Counted from the first letter of the stretch, positions 48,301-61,629 are shown. The stretch is DNA of 64,000 nucleotides from Cyanophora paradoxa CCMP329 (GCA_004431415.1 QPMI01000477.1:1-64000), one strand, 5' to 3'. A program made the numbers and translations. Notes: generated by a model not told the origin, from the letters alone.

Positions 48301-49550
48301 GCCCGAAGCCCCTCCGGGAACTGAGCATGAGAATCCGGTAAATAATGCTCAAAAAAAGCTTTACTAGACCGTCCATCTTGAGTTGCGGCGAAACGAATTT
48401 CTTTGCGTGAATGCTGTCTGGCATAGTCAGACACAAGCGAATTCAAGCTGCGCATCATAGAAGTGCGCAGTGTACGGAAAGCGACATCATCAATAGAGCC
48501 AGCGGCGTGGCGACGGATGAGAGCCTCGAGAGCTCGAACAGCGGAGATGTAAGCGTCCTTCCGCCTGCGCTTCTCATCAAGCTCCCAGGCCCGAACACGA
48601 CGCTGGAGCTCGGATTTGAGGGCGTCCCACCGACGGACGCGATCTGTAACTAATGGCCACGCGGCGCGCCAGTCACGAATTATAGTAGAAATGAAACCAG
48701 AATATTCCGGGCATGTCCCATACGCCGCCCAGTTCATGCGCCAGCGACCGGGGCCACGGCGAGAGATTCCGGGGGCTTTAAGTGTGAGATAGATGCCTAT
48801 ATGATCAGAATTGCGTGGCTCGCCAACTGCAGAGTAAGCCGTCCACGGCCGAAGCGAGACGGCCCAATCGCGGAGGGAGGACGAGAGGAAAAAATAATCG
48901 AGCCGGGACTCAATCGTCCCGCCCGCCGGCCGCGGCCGGCTCCAGGTTTTAAAGCACGCTCTAGTGTGAGGCCCGGCATCGAAAAGGCCATAACGAGCTC
49001 GGATCAACTCAAAGGCGTCGGGGGGAGGGGTTCCACGACTAGGGCCGGGAGCATCAGAGGGGAGCTCGTGGAAATTAAAATCTCCTCCTAAGATGAGGCG
49101 GCTGTCGAAAGGAACCACGGACTCGAGAGTATAAAGAAGAGTTTCATAGAAACCGCGACGCTCAGAATCATCTGTAGGAGCATATACATTGCAAAAATAA
49201 ATGGGACCAAATTTGGTCTCGAACAAGAAAAGTTGAAGTCGAGGACTATCAGCTGGAGTCAACAACCGAATTTGAAAAGGGGAATCACCAGGAAAGAGAG
49301 CGGCAACCCCCTGAGTGGCCTGACCACTAGGGTTATGAGACCAAAAAGAGGGGGCCGATCCCCAGGCGCGCGCGAGGCGCTTGGATAATGAGGAAGAAGA
49401 AACATGAGTCTCCTGCAGGAACACAGCTGAATGCCGCGCGCTATCGCGGAGGCAATCAAAGAGAAAAGAACGATAAGATTTGCCTAATACATCATGAAAA
49501 GCTCGATCTAGTTTGCCTGCTACGTTCAGAGAAAGAAACCTAAACGTCAT
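45058..49550 (-). CDS. LINE ORF2: APE endonuclease, reverse transcriptase and CCHC zinc finger (frameshift near 46460)
   Basis: SLNVAG, FLQETH, NVYAP, GGDFN, SRLDYFF, SDH; KSPGIDG, RRPISL, LDFSKAYDRV, GVRQGGPLSPYLY, QFADD. CRVC...HAHVFSEC lies in the second frame. Confidence 0.93.
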
Positions 49551-50867
49551 TTACGGGGGGTGGTACAGCTCGAGGGACAAAGCCCAAGAGCCGGAAGAGA
49601 AAACGAGGGCCGGGGGCGAGGGGAGGGCCGAGGGATCGACCCCGCCGCGAAACGCAGCGGGAATCGATGGGGGGCCCGAACGCCTCACGCCGATCCCGAG
49701 GTGGACGCAGCAGCGGCCTGCAAGATCGAGAAAGTCATGCAAGAGAGAAAGAGAGGAGATCGGATCGATTGCGAGGGGCGGGCCATGAGGCCGGAAAAGG
49801 CCATGAGGCCATCGAGAGTACGAATTGCAAAAGCGAACCTGCGCAGCGCGCTGCAGGTCCTCCTTCCACGGGAAGATGATGTCGAAGTTGATGGGGTCGT
49901 TGGGCCGGCGCATGATCGCGCTGGGGCCGGTCTGGTCGGTCCAGTTCTCGCCGGTGTACTGCTCCAGGGAGCGCGAGCGGCCGCTGATCGTGACGCCCGT
50001 GCGGGTGTGCGGGGCGTGCTCGGAATGCTGCGCGCTGTGACAGCCCGGCCGGTTGCAGAACGCCCAGCTGCCGCTGATCTGAACTGTCTCATTGCCGAAC
50101 TTGTGAGAGAAAGGCAACCGCGCCTGACTGGCGACGGGCGGGACCTCCGAGAGAAACACTTTGATCCAGACGCTGTTGCCATTGATGCGATGAACTTTGG
50201 ACGGGCTGAAGCCGCGCTGCACGAGCCAGTTGGAAAAGACACTATGCGCATTGGAGGGAGCTGAATAGAAAGGGCCGAAGCTGACGGAGGGATCGCGGAA
50301 GCCGGCCTCGCGCGCGGCCTTCGAATCCAGAGGCGGCGGGGGGGCGCCGTTTGCATCGGCCGGAAGCTGAGTGAAGTCGAGGACGGGAAGGTACTGGAGC
50401 GCTGATTTGCGGAGCAGCTTCTCGGCTGCATCACCGTGCACCGCCTCGATGGTGAGCAGGAGTGCGCTATTCCCGTAGCAGCACACTGCCACGGGGGGGT
50501 CGAGGCTAGCCAAGCAGTCGGCTACGCTGTGACGAATCTGGGTTCTGCTGGGCCCCTCGGACAGCGCGCGGAGGGCGTTGGACTGAGAGGTCGGGGCGGT
50601 CAAGCTGAAATATCTGACCGTCTGGCTATAAAGCTGCGCGGGGGTCGATTCGGCCTCGAACAGCTCGGGGCTGATGGTACTAGGGAACTGGGCGGCGAAT
50701 ACTGCCGCGGCCGCAGCTGCCGGGGGCCGAAAAGTCGGACGACTTCGCATGGGGCCGCGGGCGGGCCCGCCTCCCGGACGACGGGCCGCTGGGGACACAC
50801 CGGGGACGAAAGCTAACATGTGGCTGAGGCTGGGGAGGCAGGAAGGCGGAAGACAAGGCGATCGCAC
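49551..50867 (-). CDS. LINE ORF1
   Basis: 438-aa ORF directly upstream of ORF2, with a Cys/His cluster CNRPGCHSAQH. Confidence 0.7.
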   Translation of the reverse strand: MRSPCLPPSCLPSLSHMLAFVPGVSPAARRPGGGPARGPMRSRPTFRPPAAAAAAVFAAQFPSTISPELFEAESTPAQLYSQTVRYFSLTAPTSQSNALRALSEGPSRTQIRHSVADCLASLDPPVAVCCYGNSALLLTIEAVHGDAAEKLLRKSALQYLPVLDFTQLPADANGAPPPPLDSKAAREAGFRDPSVSFGPFYSAPSNAHSVFSNWLVQRGFSPSKVHRINGNSVWIKVFLSEVPPVASQARLPFSHKFGNETVQISGSWAFCNRPGCHSAQHSEHAPHTRTGVTISGRSRSLEQYTGENWTDQTGPSAIMRRPNDPINFDIIFPWKEDLQRAAQVRFCNSYSRWPHGLFRPHGPPLAIDPISSLSLLHDFLDLAGRCCVHLGIGVRRSGPPSIPAAFRGGVDPSALPSPPALVFSSGSWALSLELYHPP

Positions 50868-51777
50868 CCCAGGGGGGTACTATCAAGATCTAGATGGGAA
50901 GCGGGGAAGCACGCAATTCGAACTCATGGTCATTAATAATATAATTAATATTGATCAATTAAGGCCTTAAGCATAAGCTCATGATCATTGCTCGAACTAC
51001 TAATTAGGCTAGGCTTCAGCTTAAGCTTATAATTAAGGCTAGGCTTGCAATTGCACGCACGCGCGCGCGCCGCCGCGCGCGGCCGCTGGGCGGTTGGGAA
51101 CCGGCCGCGCTCACCGGGTCTGTCTCAGTCTTGCTGACGTCGACTCATGGTGGATGCCGCGGCCGCGGACTTTATACATACAGCTAGGCCGCGGGAGGGC
51201 CTACGCCTACGCGTACGCCCAGGTCTACAAGCACCATGGCACGGTGCGCTGAGGCCACCGACGTCCCTGCGGCGCTAGCTGCAGGCGCGAGACATTGATC
51301 AAGATCTACGCCCTAAAAACACAAGATCTGCAGCGATCTAGCAGCACGAAAGTAAACGAAGCTTAGAAAGCACGGGAGCAGACACAAATTAAAATCAAGA
51401 TGAGCAGCTTTCGAGGTATACGTACTCTACAGCAAATGAAATGGAGAAATTCGAAAGAACTCAGAGCTCGAACATGATACAGGCTAAAACACGACTACAG
51501 TCAATTCTACAATATTAATACATGTACAAGGGCAAGGAACGATCAAATGCAAGGACAAAGAACGAGCAAATGCAAGGACAAGGAACGATCAAATACGTAC
51601 ATACAAGCTGAAGGATATTTGCAAGGAACGATAAAATTAAAATCGGCTGAAGAGGGGGCCGAGAGGGCGGGCCGATATCGGCATGCGGCAGCCTGGGGCC
51701 GGATCCAGCTGCTACTGCCGGGATCCCGGAGAAATACATGCGGGTGTAGCGAGAGCGACGCGTGCGGGTTGAAAGGA

Positions 51778-54104
51778 TCACGAGGTCAAGACGTTCACGA
51801 GCACGCCGCCCAGCTGCAGCAGGCGCATGGGCTCCGAGACGACCCTGACGCCGAGAGCGGCCTCCAGCTCCTGCGGCACGCGTCGTTCGCACGGCCCGGG
51901 CTGGGTCGGGGAGAGGGGGGGAGGGGGGCGCACGTTGAGCTGGGCGCGGTAGCTGGCGAGGGCGTCGTTGTAGGCGTGGTAGCGGACGGTGCGCAGCTGG
52001 TCGGCCAGGTTCGCCCGCAGGCGGCGGAGGCGCGGGAGGCGGCGGAGGGCGGCGGCGAGGTCGCCGGGCAGCGGGAGGGGCAGCCTCCCGACGACGGTAA
52101 GCGTCTCGAGGCCGGCCATGTCGGACGCTATGCGCTGCGCTCCCGATATCGGTCAGCCGAGCACATGTACAGGAAGCTTTTGGATCCAAGATCGCGGTTG
52201 CAATGATCGATCGCGAGAGGCGCACCGAGATCAGGGGAGTCGGGAGCCTCCAGCCGTGGCTGTTGCTCCAGACCCGGAGGTCAAAGGCCCGCACGCCGCG
52301 CCAGGCGTCCAGCGAGCGCCCGGCGAGCGCCTCGACGCAGTCCTCCATGCACTCCAGCGTGAGGTCCTGCAGCAGGGATGTTGAGAGCATCACGACTTAA
52401 GATACAGGTTCAGAGGGTGGTGGGAGGAGGCCTAGGGCGGGCTCGCCTGGAGCGCAGGGAAGCTCTGGAGGGCGTCGACGAGCCTGCCGGAGGCCTCGGC
52501 GCCTTGGTGGCCGACGGTGAGGGCGAGGCAGAGCAGGCGGGGCGCCGCGGAGACGAGCTGGGCGGGGTCCAGCTCCCGCCTGGCGTACGAGATCTGCAGG
52601 GCCCTGAGCCCCGCCGCCGCGAGCGGCGCCAGGAACGACGGGTCGACCCCCACGTCCCCGAGGCTCAGCGCTGCGCGCGCGCGCGCGTGCCGCGGCTCTG
52701 CAGTCAGCGCCGCTCGAGGTGGGACGACGGGGCATGCGCGCACACTGGAGATTGGTGAGGGAGGCTATCGGGCCCAGGTCGATGCTGGGCATGTTCGCGA
52801 AGTCGAGGGCCAGGTGCTCGAGCCGCCGGAACTCCGGCAGGGCGGCGAGCAGTGCGAGGGCCCCCGGAGACGCTTCAACGTCGGTCCTCAGCCCGAGAGC
52901 TGCGCCCGCAAACGCGTAATCGTTAGCGATTTCGCGCTCGCGATAAGAGTGCTGATATCGATAAATTAAACGAAGGTTTGCACTTACACCGGAGATTACG
53001 AAGCGAGGCGAGGGGCCGCAGCACGTTGGGAGAGAGCTGGGCTTGCTGCTTTCCGGAGTAGAACAACAGCGAAAGCAGCAGCCGCTCGAGCTTCGGCAAG
53101 CTCGCCACGGCGTTGTACAGAAGCGAGAGTGCTGCAATATTAATCGAGGAACAATCGGGCCTGGATGTGGGCGTGGCGCCGCAGAAGATTGAAGCGCGGA
53201 GTGCCGTGAGGGGAAGCGGCGAGAGGGCGCCCAGGGCGTCGGGGTACAGCGCGCTTCTCTCGCTGAAGTCCAGGCAGGAGAGACTGGGGAGGGAAGCGAG
53301 GGGCGCCAGGTGCTGGCGCCCGAGGATGTTGCTGCCGCTGAAGACGTTTGCGTCGAAGCGCAGGGCGCGCACAGCGCTGAAGTGCGCCAGCGGCGCCAGG
53401 CTCGAGTCCTCGATCGACGCCGACATCTGCAGCCGCGTGTGAGAAGATTGGAGGCCGAGCGTTTCAAACACTTGAGTTCATGTCGAGCGTGAGGGCCGAT
53501 TTGGAGTCGTCTAAAGCGCGCGCCGGCCCGGCCCGTGCCCCGCACGGACCTCCTCCAGCTCGCCGCCCTCGAGCCTCACTTGCAGGTCGAGGTCCTCGAC
53601 CCCGCCCACGCGCGCCCCGCTCTTGCAGGCGCAGTCCAGCGCCAGCGCCGCCCTCGCCGAGCATAGCTTCAGCCGCGCCCGCCGCGCTACGCCCCCCGAG
53701 TCCACGATGCCTGCCAGCCCCTTGCACACCCTCCGGAGGCGGCAGAGCTGCTGCAGGTCGACCCGTGGCCCTCGCCCCGTTTCCGACTCGCTGCAGCTGT
53801 CGGCCGCGAGTGCGGCGAGGAGCGAAGCCTCCATCCGATCGCAGCACGACGGCCCGTCGACGTCGCTGCTGTCATCTTCACACGCACACGCCAGCTGGAC
53901 GATGCGGATGAGCAGCTCATTCGGGAGATCGAAAAGCGTCGGACCCTCGATTGGCGCTGCAGCTGCAGCCGCGGCATCGACCGCGGGCTCGGCCGCGGGC
54001 TCGGCCGCGGGCTCGGCCGCCGCGGGCTCGGCCGCCGCGGGCTCGGCCGCCGCGGGCTCGGCCGCGGGCTCCTGCACCTGCGCACGCGTAGCGCGCGCGC
54101 GCAA
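51778..54104 (-). CDS. F-box/LRR (RNI-like) protein, spliced; start approximate
   Basis: F-box-like TLFDLPNELLIRIV after AEPAA repeats; LRRs LAPLASLPSLSCLDFS, LPKLERLLLS, LRPLASLRNLR, LPRLRRLR. Confidence 0.7.
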
Positions 54105-54523
54105 GCATGTTAGACATTAACGCTTGATGCTCGGTCGAGCTGACCCCGATCGCGAGCGTTCGATTGGGCGATGCGAGCAGCGAGCATCTGGTGTATTTGA
54201 TCCCAGCGACGGAGTTCGCCGCGCTCGCCGCGCGCACACGAGCTCGAGCTGGCCGCGCCGCGCGCGTGTAGATGTGGTCCATCTATAGAGGCGCCGCGCG
54301 CGTGTAGTGTGGTCCACGCAGGCCTAGGTCGAGCCATTGACCTCGTGAAGGAAGCCCTCGCGCGTGCCGGTCATGAGCCTGCGCGGTGCTGAAGATCGAT
54401 ATCGATATCAAGCCTGCAGCTGCAGCTGGAGGCCTCCCGCGGGCCGAGGCCTAGGAGGAGGCCGAGGCGCGGGCCCGCAGGAGGCCGAGGCGCGGGCCCG
54501 CCCGATCTCTCAGCTCTCCACCG

Positions 54524-57143
54524 ATGTCGACGTACGCGTCTGAGCCGCCGGCAGCTGCAGCTTCCGAAGTTCCCACGCGGCCGCGGGGCGGATCCGGGGC
54601 TCGAGCTCGAGGGCGAGGTCCCCTGCTCGCCTGCTGTCCGGATCCCCTGCGGCCCGGCCCCACACCGCCCCCTCCTTGCCTCCTCCGCTCGGGGCAGGGC
54701 CGCCTTCGGCTCTCGCGACCGTCGGATCCGGACAGCGTCGAGCTCCGCGACAAGGCGCGCCACCCCTCCCGCCCCCCGCCCTCCGCCCTCCGCCCCGGGC
54801 GAGGCCCGCGCAGCTGCGGGCGGAGGGCGCCGCGCCGCCCCTCATCGCCGTCCTCCGCGCCGCGCGCGTGCGCCCCGCCCGCACGCTCCGCCCCGCCCGC
54901 CCGCCCGCGCTCCATCGACGTGCGCGGGCGGGGCGCCGGCCGCCGGCGCCCCGCTGAGCGCCGCCGCCGCAGGAGGGGGCGACGGCGGCGCGGATGGAGG
55001 CGCTGCGGCGGCTGCGGCGCGCGCTGAGCGCCGAGGAGGGCGCTCCCATCGCGCGTGCACTCTCCATGGGCCTCTTCGAGCGCCTCGCGGTGCGCGGCCG
55101 GCCGGCGGGGCGCGCGCCGCCCTCGCCTCGCCCGAGCCGGCCCGCCCCGCCCCGCCCCGCCGGCAGCGCGTCCTCGGGGAGGCGAGCGCGGAGCACAGGA
55201 TGGAGGCGGCGTGGATCTGCACGAGTGCGCCACGCCCCGGCGCCGGTGCGCGCCTCCTCACGCGCGCGGGGCGGCCGGGCGGGCAGACATCGCGACGGGG
55301 ACGCACGAGGAGACGGCGGCCGTCGCCGCCCTCTCCCCGCAGCTCATCGCTCTCGCCGCCTCCGGCGACGCGGTGCCCGCCGGCCCCGCGCCCTCTGCCC
55401 GCCCCGCCCCTCTCCGAGCGCCGGGGGCAGATCCTGCAGGAGCAGGGCGCGTGGGCGCTCGGCAACATCGCCGGCGACGGCGTCGAGCTCCGCGACAAGG
55501 CGCGCCACCCCTCCCGCCCCCGCCCCCGCCCCGCGCCCCGGGCGAGGCCCGCGCAGCTGCGGGCGGAGGGCGCCGCGCCGCCCTCATCCCCTCCTCCGCG
55601 CCGTGCGCGTGCGCCCCGCCCGCACGCTCCGCCCCGCCCGCCGCCCGCGCTCCCTCCCGTTTAGTCACTGCGCCGCGCCTCGCGCGCCCGCCCGCCCCGC
55701 CCGCCCGCCCCGCCCGCCCCGCCCGCCCGCTATGTCACCGAGTCCTCGTCGCGCGGCAGTCGGCGTGGGCCCTCACGAGCCTCGTCCGCGGCCCGCGCCC
55801 CGCGTCGACGAGTACTTCCCCTCGGCGTCGTCCCCGTACCCCCCGCCCCCCCCCCCCGGCTCCCCTTTCCTTCCCGGGGGGGTACGATCCCCTCGCCCGC
55901 CCGCAGGCTGTGGCCCCGCTCGCCATCAACCCCCCGCCTCCCTCGCGGTGCCGTACCCCGTGCCCCCGCGGCCGCCTGCACGAGCCCCCGCCGACTCCTC
56001 TCCCCCTTCCCCCGCAGGACGACGAGATGTAGAAGGAGGTCGCGTGGCTCCTGTGCGCCCCTCTTTCGCCGCCCCCGACCCAGGCCTCCGATCCCGTACC
56101 CCCCCCCTAGGTCGTACCTGACGGCGGGGGAGGACGGCAACGCGCGGCAGCTCATCGACGCCGGCGTCGTCTCCGCGATGGTACCCCCCGCCCGCCCCCC
56201 CCGCGCCGCGCCCCTCCGACCGACGTCCCGTACGCGTGGGCCGGCAGGCGGCGCGCGTGGCGAACGTGCAGCGGCCGACGGGCGGGCGGGCGCTGACGCC
56301 GCTCCTGCGCGCCCTCGGGAACGTCGCCTCGGGCCCCCCCGAGCACGTCGCCGTCCTCCTCCACCAGGGCCCGCCCCCGCGCCCCGCCGGCCCCGCCGCA
56401 GCTAATTTGTACCCCTCCCGGCGCAGGCCCCGCCTTCCTGGAGGCCCTCCGCCGCCTCCTCGCCTCCGAGGAGCACCGTGCGACCGCCAAGGAGGTGGGC
56501 GGGGGTACGGGTGGCTACGGCTTTTGTTCCTTACCTCGTACCCCGACAGGCGGCGTGGATCGTGTCGAACGTGACGGGTACGGGCCCGGACTACGCGGAC
56601 GCGGCCCTGGGCGCCGGGCTCCTCCCCCCCCTCGCCCACCTCCTCTCCTCCGCCCCCTTCGACGTCAAGGCGAGGCGCGCCCCTGTACCCCCGCCCTGCC
56701 CCTGTTCTGAGACGGCGTACCCCCCAGGCCGCGTTCGCGGTGGCGAATCTGGGGGCGGACGGGCGCCACGCCGTCGCCCTCGTCCAGGCCGGCTGCCTAC
56801 ACCCCTTCCTCCAGGCCTGCGTACCCCCCTACAGCCCGCCCGTGCCCGCCCGCCTCACAGGCGGGGCAGCTGCTGCGGGCGCCGGACGCGGAGATCGCGC
56901 GGGCGGCCCTCTCCTTCGTCCACGTGGTCCTCGAGCGCCACCCCAGGGCCCGCCCCTCCCCGTACCCCGCTGTACCCCCCCTCCCCCTCTGACGTACCCC
57001 TGCAGGGCCCGCGGCTGGTGGAGGAGGCGGACGGGATCGACGCGATCGAGAGCCTCCAGATGGGACAGGCACCCCATGAGGCCCCTATAGCCACGTATAC
57101 CCCCTTCCCCTCCTACGTGTCAGAGCTTCAGATCCGGCTTTAG
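54524..57143 (+). pseudogene. Importin-alpha (ARM repeat) gene, rearranged and possibly pseudogenised
   Basis: EAAWIC..IATG, EQGAWALGNIAGDGVELRD, SAWALTSLVRG, LRALGNVASG, AAWIVSNVT, AAFAVANL. In-frame TAG near 56029; 54731-54910 duplicates 55476-55650. Confidence 0.7.
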
Positions 57144-57599
57144 CCTCAAATCGCCGCGCAGCCGCGCATCACCGATGCTGGTCGAATTCATGACGTCCAT
57201 ATGCCTAGGCCCCGAGCGCGTTCGCGAGCTCCGACGTATGCGGTGCTTAATATATATTTACATTTTCAGTTTCATTTTAATTTCCTCAATAGCTATATAT
57301 GGCGGAGAGGTCCGGCGCGCGAGACTCTCTCCACCAAAGCCTGTCGGGCGTCTGTGGCATTGTACCCAAGAGGCCCGTCTAGCCTCTCCATCCAGTCCAG
57401 TGGGGCCAGGAAGAACGTAGTCAGTATCCTGCGAAATGTTTAAGCCCAAATTAGCACAATCTGCGCTGTGGCTATAGCGCTAGCTAGGTCATTCTTCTAA
57501 TTATAAACGACACGTGCACGTGTGCACCGCTTCAATCCGCCTGTGACTTCGGTGCCCCGATGGATGGCAAGATCATGACTGATGAATTTCAGATCAATT

Positions 57600-58710
57600 A
57601 AAAAGATTTACTTTAATTGAAACAGCTGACCAGAAGAGTGTTCCCTGCGTGATGCAACCGTTTGAATTAAAATTACGAATTTCAAGGGAGATGGGCGCTA
57701 CATGTACAATGCTGGCGCTGGGGGGGCTAGCACCTTGCTGAGTAGGTCGAATTTCAAGCCCCATCCTGAAGCAAACTATTAAAAGATCGCTCATGATCAT
57801 GTCACGATTGATGCGAGACTTACCAGGTGGGCCTTTGATACTCAGGCCGGAGTTCTGGAGGCATTTTGAATGGAATTCGAATTCGATCGATGGGATGGCC
57901 AAGTGCAAATATAATATTAATTGCGGCTCACCACGAATTCTGTGTGTCCGCCCTCGTAATCGGACGTCAGCCAGACGACTGTCCCCGCCCTCCACTGGCG
58001 CCCGTCTCCGAACCTTCGATTCGTCAGGCGGAAAGGGGCGATCATCGTCCTCTAAATCAAAGTTCTATGCATAAAATCACGCAAGCCCAAGAAGCGCGCG
58101 CACTCTCGATACCAATCCTTGCAATCCACTTCGCAGCACGCATCGTTGTGATTCTTGGACTGCGGCGCGGCGAAAATGCGTAATTAATGATGTTCAATCG
58201 CGATGAGAGAATTCGAAGGAAGTTGGTGATTTCGCTGACAGTAACTTGGTGCTCGGCGGTAGAGTCGATTCTGACCTTGCATCGTGATCAGCCCGTATAT
58301 ATGCATCTTATATAATTATAGTGCTAGTTTGTCTTCTTATTAAATTGGCCTATTATACGACGGGCCGCTGGGCCAGTGCGAGCCCAAGGCTTAATAATCG
58401 CGCACGTGTAAATTGCAGCGTAGCTTCGAAGTTCCTCATAATTGTACCCGGTGCCCATCCGGTCGACAATGCGCTGGAGGATGGCGCGCATGCGGGGGTC
58501 GAGCCCAGAATCTGGTTTTGAGCCCAGAAATTTGTCAAGTCATGAGTACGAATGAACTTGAATTCGAAGGAATCACAATTATAAAGACAATCGAAGGCTA
58601 CGGACAGTGCGGGTTCACGAAATGCCGGAACACGCCCCTCCGGACCTCGTCCTCGACCAGGCCGTTCAAATATTCGACGTCGTCCGTCTCGAGCACACGC
58701 AGAACCTGCA
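57600..58710 (-). CDS. Probable 2OG-Fe(II) oxygenase, spliced; bounds approximate
   Basis: Exon translations SKNHNDACC (HxD), GTVVWLTSDYEGGHTEF and SGLSIKGPPG, flanked by GT/AG; distal His not confirmed. Confidence 0.45.
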
Positions 58711-58785
58711 AAACCAATTGAACCGGTACCGATATTAATTGCAAGATCAGACATCTGCTAGGCTAAGATGAAAACACCCTATGCA

Positions 58786-58895
58786 TATGTCTTGCGATTG
58801 CCTGCGTGCGACTTCTTTGATTTGTGATTGTTTTGTTGGTTTTTAGTTTTACTACCTACGGGGGGTTCGCCCCTATCGTAGGCTCTAAAACAAAA
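58786..58895 (+). mobile_element. Short LINE 3' remnant of the family fused to the viral fragment
   Basis: ACTACCTACGGGGGGTTCGCCCC..CGTAG.CTCT-A-tail shared with 37401-37442. Confidence 0.65.
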
Positions 58896-59654
58896 GATGG
58901 AATCACTGAAACTTTCTTCGAGTGCACACGGCGTGCACGTGCATGCGCACGTGTGCGTGCGCCTATGCATGCGCACGGCAGCGCACCTCGGGATCCGCAT
59001 ACTCGCCTTCTGAGAAGCGTTCGCCATCTTCGGATCCATCCACGTCCGCTGACTCGATCGCGAGCTTGCAATTGCCATCGCCGTTAACGTTGGCGACGTC
59101 GACGTTCCTAACGTTGACATTGATATTGATCATCTTCTAGATCTCAGCTGCTGCACACTGCTGCAGTGCTATATATATAGCTACCCCTATAGCTATAAAT
59201 ATATATACACGTGCACGAACCTGTACACGTGCACGTGCATGCCCTCATCCGTTCGCTTGCAATTGCCGCCATCATCGCCCTGCAAGTCGACGTCGGAATC
59301 TGCGATTTGCAGTTGACGTTTTCAAATTACATTCATGATCAACGATTCCGCGGTGCAGCGGGATCCTGCCCCGCGGCCGGATTCGTTTACCATATGCATG
59401 CGCGACTGTTCTGGAGATCCCAAGCACACAGAGTAGCGCCAGCACGAACGTTGACGTTACGGGAATTCGAATGAACGATGAGGCCGCAGGGCCTCTATCT
59501 ATAGCCCTGCTATGAATACGCATACGGCTGTACACCTTGACCCCGCGACAAGCTGCAGATACAGCTCTATAGCTAGCTATAGATGTACTGTCATCAATAT
59601 CCGTACTGCGGGCTACGGGAAGCCGATTTCGAAGCGCTTCGCGGCGCATACATG

Positions 59655-60046
59655 TAGGGTTGCCGTGTCCGATGTCCGCGGACATTGACATGTCCATGTC
59701 CGCGGACATGTCGTGTCAATGTCAGTGGGTCCGGGTGGACATGTCCGTGGACATTAGGGGGGATACCCCTCCAAACATGTCGAAACGCTTGCAAAACATG
59801 CTTAAAACACGCTAGCAGAACACTGCAAACGTTAGCAGCATGTTTCTGATGCTCGGGAAGAGGCGGGGGGCAGCGGGGAGTCGTCGGGGGCCTCGCCCAA
59901 GCTGCCCCGCCGCCTCACTTTTGGAATATAATTTAATTTAATTTAATTTAATATTCAATGTCCGCGGACATGTCGGCGGACATGTCCGTGTCCGAATGTC
60001 CATGTCCACCGGGTTGATTGACATGTCCATGGACACGGCAACCCTA
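59655..60046. mobile_element. hAT-type MITE
   Basis: TIR TAGGGTTGCCGTGTCC; 8-bp TSD CATACATG; subterminal GGACATGTCC repeats. Confidence 0.9.
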
Positions 60047-60335
60047 CATACATGTACTATATATATAGCCGTTAACGTTGATCATGAGCATATATATATG
60101 CATGTATTTGCATGTGCGAGCGGGTCGGAGCGGCCCGATATCGATGCGGGTCGGTACGGTGTCGAGTCACTGTCGACGTCACTCGGTGTCAGAAGTCGGT
60201 GATCGACTCGGCGAGTCGACGGCGACTGAGGAATCAGTTGCAGTGAGGAATCACTGAGCTCGAGGATTCGAATCATTCGACTCCCGGAGTCCGCGAGTCC
60301 GACGGTCTGGCCCATGCACTGCGGCATATATCATA

Positions 60336-60585
60336 CCGTGTAACACTATATTATGACGGTCAAATTTATGTCGTTATAAAACCTGACCCTCCGCTACGCA
60401 AAATATGACGGTCCCAAATAATGTCGTCATGAAATTTTCGGGCTTGTATGGGGCGGTCATTTGTATAGGGCGACTTACTATACCCGTTTTATGACGGTCC
60501 CAAATTATGCCGTTATGTCATGTCCGAGGCGACATAATTTGGGGATGACATAATAAACTGAGTACCTTAATATAGTGTTACACGG
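60336..60585. mobile_element. CCGT-TIR MITE (Tc1/pogo-like)
   Basis: TIR CCGTGTAACACTATATTA, TA on both sides. Confidence 0.85.
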
Positions 60586-61051
60586 TATACTAGTATGTGG
60601 CTCAGCGACGAGTCATGATCAGCGTACCTCCGCGCAGCTGTCGTAGACTCGTAGTACTACTAGGCTACTACTATCTCCAGTACTTGTACGCGTATACTAT
60701 GATATATGTATACTCAGTACGTAGCAGCCATACCGTCACGGCGTACTGTAGGATTGCTATTTTAGCCGATGTTTTAAATTGCCGTAAATTGCCGAGAGGC
60801 CGAATTCGGCAATTATAAGCCACGGCATTTCTCAGGGGGTAGGGCTAAACGGCCGCTTTTGTATGGCGCCATAGAAGAAATCAAGAGTTTCGGCAATTTA
60901 TCGCCACGGCAATTCCGGTTCACTGCAATTGCCAACATTGGCAATTGCAGGTTGATTAATATTACTAAGTTACCGTAGTACTGCCACCTTAACTGTGTCA
61001 CAACTTCCGAAGTTCTCACAACTTAGCTATTTATAGAGTCACAAGTTACTA

Positions 61052-61303
61052 CCGTATAACACTTATATATGACGCGCACTTTATTATGTCATCCCCAAAT
61101 TATGTCGCCGAAATTTTGCTATAACGACATAATTTGGAAGCGCCATAATTCCTGGGCGCCATACAAAATTACTGCGCCCCATACTGGGCCATACAAACCT
61201 CGAATTTCATAGCGACATAATTTGAGAGCGTCTTATTTCACGCAAGGGAGTCCAGGTTTTATAAACGACATCACAGATGCCGTCATATTTAAGTGTTACA
61301 CGG
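61052..61303. mobile_element. CCGT-TIR MITE, diverged copy
   Basis: TA|CCGTATAACACTTA...TAAGTGTTACACGG|TA. Confidence 0.8.
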
Positions 61304-61520
61304 TAAGTTAACAGCGTTAACACTAGTACTGTACAGTGTACATGTCGCCGAGTGGGCTTCGAATTCGCCGCGGCCGAGTTAAGTAACTTAAGCTTAATTT
61401 ATAAGTTCCATTGCAAGTTTGCAACGGCGTAGTGAATATACAGAGTAATATACAGGGTGTCTTTTGGCGAACTAGACGGACGAACCAGAAAAACATATTA
61501 TGACATACACAATGCAACCG

Positions 61521-61629
61521 TTCGTTGTACTTCGAATCCCCGTGATTCCTGATACCGTGACTTGCAATTGTATCCTCGTTGTGTACTACGAGTGGGTACG
61601 CCCGCCGTAGATCTTTAAAAAAAAAAAAA
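61521..61629 (+). mobile_element. Short poly(A)-tailed retroposon 3' fragment
   Basis: Matches 18227-18326 in reverse; poly(A) at 61617-61629. Confidence 0.65.

Larger units (their letters stand above)
43058..50881 (-). mobile_element. Full-length L1/Tx1-clade non-LTR retrotransposon (7.8 kb)
   Basis: Poly(A) at 43058-43068; 11-bp TSD ATCAAGATCTA at 43047-43057 and 50882-50892; ORF1 plus APE-RT ORF2. Confidence 0.95.
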
